A stretch of 62,988 nucleotides of DNA, the filler included, from Basidiobolus ranarum (Eukaryota): assembly GCA_040143965.1 (NCBI GenBank). It is 7 parts of 7 records of this genome, joined end to end, with 100 filler letters (N's around TTAATTAATTAA, not from the genome) between each part and the next. Parts side by side here need not be neighbours in the genome. Positions count along the whole stretch, not along the records: positions 36,091 to 45,005 come from JASJQH010000903.1; positions 45,106 to 54,002 come from JASJQH010000905.1; 5 more parts are not named here. The stretch is one strand, 5' to 3'. The notes beneath the pieces were generated by a model that saw only the letters and a program-made list of their open reading frames with translations, ran no database searches and was not told where the DNA came from. Positions 39,001-50,060 of this stretch are shown piece by piece (the stretch's first letter is position 1; every line of letters starts with the position of its first letter). Position numbers and translations under genes: made by a program.

Positions 39001-40243
39001 ATCAAAAGAGACAAGCCCAATCAGAAGCTCATGCTTCATCAGTCCAGATATATCTGAGACATCCTAAAATGCTTCAACACAAAGAATAGTAAGCCTGTAA
39101 CATTACCAATGGATCCCAATGTGAAATAATTCAATATCATCCAATTAGGCCCCAAATGACTCAAATCAAAGCCAGGAGTTCCCTTATCAATCAACAGTGG
39201 GTAGTTTAATGTGTACAATGGTGGGAACACATCCAGACATTGCTGTGGCAGTGGGAACTCTGAGCCAATTTCTCAAAAATCTAGGATCTGAGCACAAAAC
39301 TACAACAAATATTTTGTTATCAAGGGGGAACTTTAGATCTAGTTCTAGAATACTCTGGCACCCCCGGTGGACAAGATTTAGAAGGCTACAGTGATGCAGA
39401 ATGGTGAAAAAACCTTGATGCTAGGAGATCAACAACTGGGCACATTTTTCTCCATGGTATTGGAGCCATAATTGGAATAACAAGAACCAACTAACCATAT
39501 CTCTTTCCACTACAGAAGCAGAGTATATGGCTGCCTGTGCTATTACACAAGAGGCTATGTAGTCAAGAAAGTTATTTTCTGACTTAGGATACATGCAACA
39601 ACATGCTATGCCTGTATTTGAAGATAATCACAGTTGTATTTTATTAGCTGAAAATCCTATGTTTCATGCTAACACAAAATATATAAATGTTAGGCATCAT
39701 TTTGTAGGAGAAGCAATAGAGAATGATATAGTTATCCTAGTCTATTGCCCTACTTAAGAAATGATTGCTGACATCTGAACCAAGCCTTTAGCTATAGCAC
39801 AATGTGAGTTATCAAGATATAAGTTAGGTTTAGGAGAAATGTGAAATAATTAGTAAGTTTGAATGTTGGAATTAGGTAAATAGCAACTCAATATCTAGTA
39901 GTTAGTTTATACATGTTCTGATGGTTTAACATACAACTCTGTCATTCAAAAACAAGTGTTTATTGCTCTAGTTAATAAAAATATCAATTAGCTCACTTTT
40001 ATCAATGTTCCCTGTTTTCTCACAACTTCTCCAAATCATCTCAAATTTTCACTCATGCTTAACAGACATGTTTGTTGTGATCTGCGCACATCTGATAGTT
40101 CTATTTGATAGTAAACTATCAATAGGACATATTCAATCTAATAAAACTGAGGTGTCTAATTCATAAATCCCAATCATGTCCAAAATACTTCCAAATCCAA
40201 ATCATGTCCAAAAGACTTCCAAATCCCCTGAACACTTTTATCA
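36091..40243 (+). mobile_element. Near full-length degenerate family A Ty1/copia element (gag-PR-IN-RT-RH plus 3' LTR 39864-40243)
   Basis: MTLLGSLPDKF (gag), WSIDSGACQHI (protease), integrase ORF 37400..38032, LYVDDL (RT), GYSDA (RNase H). Copia domain order; many stops. Confidence 0.93.
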
Positions 40244-40559
40244 GCTTCTGGGTGTTAAATCCCATCACAGCCAGTATGCTATCATCATTGGCATCTGCCC
40301 TTTAAGTAAGCTTTCATTATTCAACAGTATTAGCTAGAGGCAGAGTCTCCTATTAAGAGTTTTACAATATCTGTTCAGCAACTCTCTACTACTAATGGCT
40401 CAGATCTGCAGCTCAAAGTTGGACAAGAATAAATCACAAAAGAAAGGAACAGAAATTGAATTATTTGGCAAGATACTTGATAGCATCAAGATTTCAGCAT
40501 ATTGTAGAAGTTCTTTAATGAGAAACCACTAGCCTAGGCATGTAATTAAATAAAAAAAC

Positions 40560-42250
40560 TCATGGAATTTTACTTATACATTAAAGTAAACATCTAACAC
40601 ATTGCTTATAGTAGTGTTTACAGGTTTTAACATTGTTTGAGTGCAAAAGCTGCAAAACAGGCATTTTATTCCAATTTTTACCAATGTAGAAAGCTGGGAC
40701 TTATACTGCTTTCTTGCAGATCAAAGAAGATACTTGTTTTAAACAAGAAAGAATCACATGATACCACTATAAGAGAAAATCAGCACTACATACTTGTGGA
40801 CACCTCTAAATCAGGAAATCACTCCTCTGTTTTATGAAATCTGGATTCTGGTGTAAGAGATTGCATGAGTTACAATAGAAACATAATCTATGACTACTAG
40901 GAAATAGAGCTCCTACATATCACAATAGCCAGAAAACAAACTGGCTGCATATGGAATAGAAAAGTTGACACTTGACTTACAAATAAGTAAATCCAAGAAT
41001 GACATGGTAATCTTTGATGATCTCTTATATACCTTCACTTCCTTCAAACCTATTTTCTATTGAAGCAATTAAAATAGTATTACAATACCAATTCAGCCAA
41101 GGATATGCAACCCACACAAGTCAAGGGACAAAATAGCGGCAATTGGAATATGAATTGGGAGTCTATATCACCTGGATATTGCACTAACAACTGAGACTGC
41201 TTCTATTTTGCAACAACTTCTTCCAGAAGCCCAAGATTTGGCATCAATGTTAAGTTCATCTAAGCTTTAACAGTGTCAAATAATTAAACAGGCTAACCCT
41301 GGCCTATGTGCAGAACCAGATCTTAAGACCTCAGCCATTATCACTTGTGAAAGCTGTATATAAGAATATACCAGCATAATACTATTTGTCATACCATGTG
41401 TTAGCAGAGCAACAAATGTGTTGGATCTCTAACATACAGACTCACATAGCCAATTGCAAACTCCATCACCAACCAAGTAATGATATTTACTCATTTTTAT
41501 TGATCACAAATCCTATTGACAGTGACACATCTTCAGTTGAGCAAATGAGAGATGTTTCATTAACTCAGGGTATATGAAGCAACAGGCATAACCAAAATAA
41601 AAAGAGAGTCAAATACCAATAGAGAAATAGTGGAACTGAATTTAACTATGAGTCCATGACTAGCTTTTGTTGAGGAAAGATAACTCAGCAACAATATACT
41701 TTCTACATAGTGCAGCAAAAAATGGAATTGCAGAAAGGATGCATAGAACTATTGTGCAGAAAGCAAATATCATGCTGATTGAATCCAATCTGCTTAAAGT
41801 CTTTTTGGGTGATGAAACTTTAACAGCCACATGGCTTCAAAATAAATATCCAACATGTTGTAAGTATGACTCTCAAACTCCTATTGAAATTTGGAGTGGA
41901 AACAAGTCTAATCTGAATCATCCAAGGATACTTGAGTTAATAATGTGTACTCATATTCCTAAGTTAAACATAGAAAATTGAACAAAAAAGCAGCTAAGTG
42001 TATTCTATGGGGATATCACAACTAAAGCTGCTATCTCCTAGTTGCTGGCACAAATTAAATCATCAACTCCACAGATAATATATTCATTGAAGAAAATCCC
42101 TAATATTCTGATCCAGCAAATTTAATTTTGGCTGAAGATCAATTTTGCAATAGCTCAAATTTTGAGTCAACCAGCTCTGAAACCAACTTGGAAAATATTG
42201 CATTGAACCTATATCATAGAATTAAACTAAATATGGAATCTGAAACCATC
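40560..42250 (+). mobile_element. Heavily decayed family B copia fragment (gag knuckle, protease, integrase)
   Basis: Nucleotide similarity to 8680-8830; LDSG protease remnant; NGIAERMHRTIVQKANIML...TPIEIWSG integrase. Confidence 0.8.
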
Positions 42251-43273
42251 TATCCACATTATCCAGATTTTCACAATGTAACATGTGGATCAAGGTCTTG
42301 AATATCAGCCACCAATTAATAAATTATTGATAAAACTTGAATCATTATCCATCCCTGCAGTGAGTATTCCTAGTATTATGAATTGCTTTACCATTACAGC
42401 CTAAGTATTAGTTAAGTAATGCAACATTCAATATTATGAATATAGTAGTACTAACAGTAAATCAGTATTATTTGCCAATCAGTATTACCAGCACCATCAG
42501 TCAAATTTATCTAGATATCATTCAATATTAGTCAGCCATCATATCTTGTTCCAGTAGTTATTTATGATAGGTTTTATGATAGCCTTGAGATCATATTCCA
42601 TGGGAGATCATATGATCATATCCCTTCCCTATGGGTAGGTCACATGAGCATATTGACTGTGCTATGCCAACATATTTCAGCTGATTGCTATTCTCTCTCA
42701 GGATGGCTTGACCTATTACTGTGCCACCTTATTGTGATGTAGCTAGATCCTGGTATAGTAAATAGATTGGTAATCAGCAGATGAGCCATCACACAACTGA
42801 CCTCTCAGTTTAAGTATGAATTCAGGAGTACCTCCTTCAATAAACTTCAGTCCAGTTATGGTATAAATATAAAAACTCAGTCAACCCCCAATAATTCTGA
42901 TCTACTTAGGCATTTTAATACTACCAGAAGAGCAGTAAACAATTATCCAGTCTTAAACTTCTTTACAAGTACTGAAGCCAAGCAGAACGAACTATTATTT
43001 GTTATTCTTGAATCAAGCCACTACATAAGCAGTGAAGCATCAGGCACACTGCAAATGTACAATTTACACCAGGACACCTGATAATTACTCTCAACTTTAA
43101 AATTATCATAATAGTCAGTAAATGCTGAGCTCTCATGATCCTAAATAGACCTGACTATCCACCAAGTTTGAAATGAAACATCTGGATCACTAGCATATCT
43201 ACAGCTATGAGCATAGCAAGCCAGTATATGAAAGTTCCTGCAATGGGAGATTGTGTAGCCCTAACAGAAAATT

Positions 43274-45005
43274 TGATAATTGTGTTTTGAGGTTTAGGAG
43301 TGTTTTAGACAAGATTTGGATTGGTTAATTAGACACCTCTGTTTTATTGGATTGAATATGTCCTGTTATATTTAATTTGAAATATGACTATTGGATATGT
43401 TAAGATCATAAAGAGCATGCCTGTTAAGCATGGGTGAAAATTTGAAATGATTTGGAGAAGTTTTGAGAAAATAGTGAAAATGGGTAAAAGTGATCTGATG
43501 TATATTTCTATCAATTAGTACAATAAACACATGTTGTTGAATGGGAGAATTTAATACTAAATAATCAGATTATGAATAAACTAACTACTGAATAACAAGT
43601 TACTATTTAACTAATTTTAGTATTCCCACACAACTAATTATTCACTATTGCTCATAAATCTAACTTATATTGTTATAATTCAAATTGTGCAATAGCTCAA
43701 GGTTTGCTTAAAATGTCAGCAATCATTTCCTCAGTATGGCAATCAATGAGTTCAATTATATCATTCTCTATTGCTTCTCTAATAAAATGATGCTTAATAA
43801 CTATATGCTTTGTTCTATCATCAAATGTAGGGTTTTTTGTTAATGAACTACAACTTTGCATATCTTCAAATATGGTAATAGCATGTTTTTTCATGAATTG
43901 TATGTCTGTAAGTAGCTTCCTTAACCACATAGCTTGTTGTGTAGTAGCAGAGGCTGACATTTACTCTTCTAGTATAGAGGAGAGTGTCATGATTAGTTGC
44001 TTCTTACTATTCCAAGTTATGGCTCCATCACCATAGAAAAAAGTGTACCCAGTTGATGAGCTTCTATCTTCAAGGTTTCTTCCCCAGTCTGCATCACTGT
44101 AGCCTTCAAATTTTGTGTGTCAGGGGGCCAGAGTATTCCAGAACTAGATTTACAGTTGCTATCAAATATGTGAATATTCGTTTTACTTGAGTTTTGTGCC
44201 CAGGTCTGGAATTTTTGAGATATTGGCTGGCAGTTCCCACTTTCACAGCAATATTTCAACATGTTCCAATCATTGTATACATTAAAGTACCCACCATGGA
44301 TTGATAAGGGAACTCCTGGCTTAGATTTGAGTAATTTTGGGCCAAATCTGATGGAATGGTGATTAATTTCTCATTGGGATCCATTGGTTTTGATATAGGC
44401 TTACTCTTCTCAATGTTAAAACATTTTGTATATCCAGGATTTATTTAGACTGATTCAGCATGACATACTGATTGGGTTTATCTCCCTTGATTTGGATTCT
44501 AAAAATATAACTTGATTCACCCTATTTTTCATCTAAAATTGGCTTGATAAGCTGCTTTTCATCCAGTTAAGTGCTACTAGATCAGTTGTGGCAATGATCA
44601 AGCCATCCACATATAGTGCCAAGAAAAGAATCCTACTTCTGGCTGTTTTGGTGTTAATAAAGTGAACTGCTGTGCATTTCTGAAATTCCAGTGTTTTAAA
44701 TAGGTATCTATCTTGTTGTACTATGCCCTGGATGCTTGCTTTAGACCACATAGCACTTGTGCCACTTACAGGCCATATTAGGGTGACTTGAGTCAATAAA
44801 TCCATCTGGTTGTTCCATATAGATATCTTGTTCTAGACTTCCATTCAGAAAGGATATTTTTACATCGGAGCTAAGGCTTCATCAAAAGCAACTCCTGGAC
44901 ACTGGGAATAACCTGTTGCAACTAATCTTGCTTTGTATCTTTCTATGGTTCCATCAGCTCAGGCTTTTACTTTGCAGACTCATAAGGAGCCTATAGCCTT
45001 TATTC
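43274..45005 (-). mobile_element. Family A copia 3' part: RT, RNase H and 3' LTR (43274-43622)
   Basis: LALYVDGL; QQAMWLRKLL...DRTKHIVIKHHFIRE...MIADILSKP; PPT AGTTGTGTGGGAA before the LTR. Confidence 0.9.
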
Positions 45006-47327
45006 NNNNNNNNNNNNNNNNNNNNNNNNNNNNNNNNNNNNNNNNNNNNTTAATTAATTAANNNNNNNNNNNNNNNNNNNNNNNNNNNNNNNNNNNNNNN
45101 NNNNNATTCAATTACTGTTGGGGTTAAGGCGGTGGATTCAATGTTGCTGAACTTGACGTGGATGTTGCGAATGGGAATGCCCTCATGTGCCACGGTCATA
45201 AATATGGGTCCTTTAGAGGGGCAGGAGGTTTGGAGTGCTTCAGTGGCTAAGATAGATGATTCTTCATAACGCTATGCATTCAGTGTGTTCTACTTACAGC
45301 TCAGACATGTCGATTGTATGCGATACATAGATGATTCACGACGGTGTAGTGTGGTCACCAAAGAATTTTCACCATATCAAATTGACATCATCTTGGTGTT
45401 TTGGGAGATTAAAACTAATTTATCGGTCTTCACTATTTGGTGTTATAAACACCTGACTATAATTTATAGCAATAGTTCCCAACCTCTTCTCTTCTTCAGT
45501 GTTGCAATCTTATGCCAGAAGGTGCTTGTATTGAGTTCATGGCGAAGTTTCAATGATTTGCTTAAATATGCTTAGTATTAAGGCCAAGAAGTACTAGTGG
45601 CCATTGGAGGTAGGTTCATGGAAATCCATCACTAAACCATCCGCATCTTACATGGGCCATTTTTAACTCAAAAGCATCGCTCTCATAAACCTAAACTCTT
45701 AAGCGATGGAATGTAGCTGGATTTTCTGGCATTTATTTCTGATCATTTCTCCCAAACCTGTTTTTACCATCTCTTGAAGCAGAATCCTATCTCTGAATTG
45801 AAAAGTTTTGACATAACGATAATATCTCAGTCGCATATATAACTGAAGGGAATCCAAGATCATTGGAAATCGTTTGTGCTGGAATTGGTTTCCTTTTCCT
45901 GCTACGATTATCGTCCTTGAACGTAGAGCTTAAAATGAGTCATTTTCAAGAGGGCAGAGATCACGACAAACCACCTGATATATTGACGGGTTCAGTTGTT
46001 ATTATGGAATAAACTTGTTTGTTGTCATTTTCTAAGCTCTACTATCCGAGCAAGAAATTGAGTCTATAAGCGAATATTAAGACGAAGACTGTTGATTTGA
46101 GGTTCTTTATGGTTTCAAGATGTGAAAGTGCCACTTGATACAACAAGAGTGAGGTAAAAATAACCTTACCAAATTTGGTACCTTGAGATCTTGAGGTCTA
46201 ATACCAGGTTAACAGAGTTCATTCATGTGTGCTCTAGTTTATATGAAATGTCTGAGTACACTCAAGAGTGTAGCAGCCTAACTGATAATAATATAATTGG
46301 TGATAGAGTGGTTGCTGTACAAAATTCAGTGTTAGTGTAGGCAAGCTAGGTTCACATGAAATCTCCGGTTGTATTCTGATTGGCCAAAAACAACTAACCA
46401 TATCCATCGATTTTGAGGCTTAGCCTGAGTAAAGCTTCGTGACACAGTATTCAAAGGAGTCTTGTTGTATACCATTCAAACGGGCTATTCTCATTTCACG
46501 CAAGTCAATATGCTCGATTGTTCTGCGTATATAATGGTGACAATTTAGGACTAGGTGTTAGTGTAATTTTCGTTTGCATTGGATATGAGTATTCAAATAT
46601 CTATTTCGAGTGAATTAGTATAGTTATGTGATGTTACACCTCAATATGGAGCAGTATAACTGAAGGTTGGCTAATGTTTGTCAATCAACACATATTATCT
46701 AAATGGGTTTTACTACATGTCTATTATATAAGACTAATGTAGCAAAAGCCAGATATCTAGAGATCCACAGGGGTAATCTATTTGCAACGTAAGCAAACCA
46801 CTTGGCTTGTAACATATATATCCTTCATTTGTTAAATGATAATCTTTCTGTACAAAGTCTGTCACTTGATTAGAAGCAATTTGCTTGCGCATGTTTATTG
46901 CTGTAAAGTCAGTAAGATTGTATGAGCACCATCCGAGTAGAACCGGTTTAGTCAAGGTGAAGCGAGTGGCAACATATATTAACCTATCCGGTATTAGGGT
47001 ATAAATATCTCCTGAATACAGTTTTAAAGAATTCCCTCTCACATAAATCTTCGATAATCTTCTTCAGCGTGTCTTTGGCACTTTAGTGAGAGAAACCTTC
47101 TTCTACGCCAACGCGTGTTCTCTAATATTAAATAAGAAGCTTCTTAAACCAGCTGAATTCACTCTCTTGCACTCATAATTATTACGGAAATCTTCCTATC
47201 AAACTCTTTAAACATAGAAAATAGACTAAAGCTTCCATAATTATCTTATTTGTCTCTTTTCTAATACGTATATCCACATCACTTTTCAGTCTTCCCTTAT
47301 TATTTCCCGCATCGAATTTTTAAGCTC

Positions 47328-47951
47328 ATGTTTAGGTCTGTTAATGATTCCGTCTATTCAAATACACCTAATACATATACTCTATTTGGTGGGCCAGGTG
47401 TGTTCATACCCAGTAACAATGCCTTTGACGTTCGAGCCATTTGGTGGAATGCTAAGGTTCCATCTCTATCTCATACTAGAACGAATTCCAGTAGCTCTAC
47501 ATTATCAAACCTTAGTAATACCGTAGGGGCTTCCACATCAGAACATCAAATACTCTCTCCCTCTCTTCATGAGTGTAATAACACTTCTGCTGGAGCCAAT
47601 GTGAATATCAAAAATATTTTACTATACAAGACGGAGCTCTGTCAAACATTCCAGGAGGTAGGAGAGTGTCGGTATGGAGTGAAATGCCAATTTGCTCATG
47701 GGTTACATCAATTACGTCGAATCCATAAGCATCCAAAGCACAAAACTAAAATGTGTCGCACTTTTTGGGAGCTTGGAAGATGTCCATACGGTAAACGTTG
47801 TTGCTTTATTCATCATGGAACAGCAATACCAGCTGAAATAGGAAGAGTCTCGCCAGAAGGTTTTCAAATCCCCTTTGAAGCTACGGATAAATACTTTCCT
47901 ATTACACAAGTCATGCCAAACCATTCCTACGGCCAATATATGTCCCATTGA
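47328..47951 (+). CDS. Tandem CCCH zinc-finger mRNA-decay protein (TIS11/tristetraprolin/Zfs1 family), intronless
   Basis: YKTELC-x8-C-x5-C-x3-H and HKTKMC-x8-C-x5-C-x3-H with canonical spacing. Confidence 0.93.
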   Translation: MFRSVNDSVYSNTPNTYTLFGGPGVFIPSNNAFDVRAIWWNAKVPSLSHTRTNSSSSTLSNLSNTVGASTSEHQILSPSLHECNNTSAGANVNIKNILLYKTELCQTFQEVGECRYGVKCQFAHGLHQLRRIHKHPKHKTKMCRTFWELGRCPYGKRCCFIHHGTAIPAEIGRVSPEGFQIPFEATDKYFPITQVMPNHSYGQYMSH

Positions 47952-50060
47952 TTTCTTTCGTGACCTGGAAGGTAATAGCCCTTTGGAGCTTTATCACTGA
48001 CGCTTACTCAAGCCTCTTGTATCATGTTGTATAGAACATTTCTTTTTACCATATTTCTCTTTCTCTCACCAAGATCGAAAACCCTATATCATCATTCTAT
48101 TAACTGTGAAGCAAACCACTATAACACAATGGGCCCTCACATTTATAAACAAGCCTACTTAAACTTACGTATTTAAGCATATTTGATATAATTAATTAAC
48201 TAGGGGCTACCAGCCTATTATCTAATATATTTGGAAGGCTCTTGGCTATAATAAAATAATCGCTAACTTAGGGAATGCGACCCTTAGTTAAACTTATCAG
48301 GTTTTGTTATGGGTGACTGATGATTTCTAGCCTGAAGGGTGCTACCATTAGCCATAAAGTGGAAATGCTAGATAATATTAGGCCTTCAGGAGCTTTATTG
48401 AAGTATATAATGTAAGCGCATCGAGCTTTGCGTGCTGAGATATTTCTGCAAAGTATATGTGCTGTGCATAAACCGACCCAAATGTGACTGTATTTGTGAA
48501 GCAAGCCATTCCTACTTCTTGCGGACGAGCAATTAAATCAACTCTTCAAGAGTATGATTGCCCACACCTCCTCCAGTATCCATATGGAGATTAGAAAAAA
48601 TGGCTCACAAGTCCTCAGCCGTCGTGTACCAGAACTTATACTATATTAATATATAGATATGTGGTACAAAACAATGTTTTTAAATGGTCACACCTTGGTT
48701 GAAAGAGATTTACAGAGATTGATGTCTAGTATATCTAAAAACGATGTCATCGGTTATCTTATACTAGAACCAGCTGCACTCGATGAGCGAGTATCAAATT
48801 CTTGAAGCAGTGAGAATGTTCAGTGCTTAAATCTTGACCACCCAAGAATAGGGGCAGTACAGGTCTGGCCAGTTAACGCTAAGTTTCTCAATCCCTCCTT
48901 GGCAATGTCCGGCCTGGAAAATGTGTCTCTATCGGCTCTAGGATTTCCATATTACCAATGTATGTACAAATGAAGAAATCAGTTACATTGCTTTACCCAT
49001 GTTCTTGCAATAGTCTAAACATCGATAAGTTTGTCAAGCAACTCTTAGGTAGAGCTGGGTTTGTGGTATACTACATTCTTATTGTATGGCTGTACTAAGT
49101 CCCATACGCTTCGTATTGATGCGACATGAGAATTAGGCAGATACATATTCATGTTTTTTGTTGTGCATTGCAATCGCTTATTTACTGAACGTATCACCAG
49201 CTGAAATTGTTGAAATATTAATCAAGCACCTACATATTGGTACATTATATTTAATATATTTCGTTTCTATTAATGGAATCTCAAAATCATACCATTACAT
49301 ACCGAATCAGGAGAGTTCACATTTTAATAATATACCAATATATTTTGAATTGCATTCTATTATTTGAAAACTTTGTGGCTAATTAAAAGAGCTGGCCTTC
49401 TGAAACCAACTTTGTAGAAATGTTACCATACTTCAAGCCCATTTCATAGCTTCACCAATATGACAGATATTGTATCAACTTGATATATCATTGAACTCCA
49501 TACAGTAACTGTTAGTGGAGGAGGAAAGCACTATGGATGAGCATTCTTTATAAGCGACTCATTTTAACATGTTTGGATATGAGCTATAACTTTACAATAA
49601 TAATAACTGAATGATACACACCTGTATATACATCAATCAGAACATATGGTGAACGTGCATTCAGATGGCTCTGTACATATCCTGTGGAAAGGGATTCATT
49701 ATAGAAACCTGTGCAGGATTTCAAGTACCAATGCCAATGCAAGCCGTTCTGGTAGTACAACAACTGATAAGAGTGACTTGTGGCATAACCAATTTACTGA
49801 TCCACGTGACTCCACATTAATCACTGTGTATTATGACCAGGGTGATCAAGCACTAAGGTCAACATCGATTTTTTGCTAATATTTGGGTTTGGGGGTTCGT
49901 TCTTCTGAACTTCTTAAATAGGTAGTTGACAAGTAATTTGGAAGACTTCAAATTGTTACTGTTTCAACTTCACCTACTCCTGTGCTTACCCTTGTATTCT
50001 TTAGGCTTTATTTATTAATTTTCTGGCCATTTTTCTTATAACCAAAGGATCAAGCTAGAA

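Noticed and set aside
45106-45980. Possible spliced gene on the minus strand running off the contig start (…YEESSILATEALQTSCPSKGPIFMTVAHEGIPIRNIHVKF…)
   Set aside because: I could not build a consistent exon chain or recognise a family.
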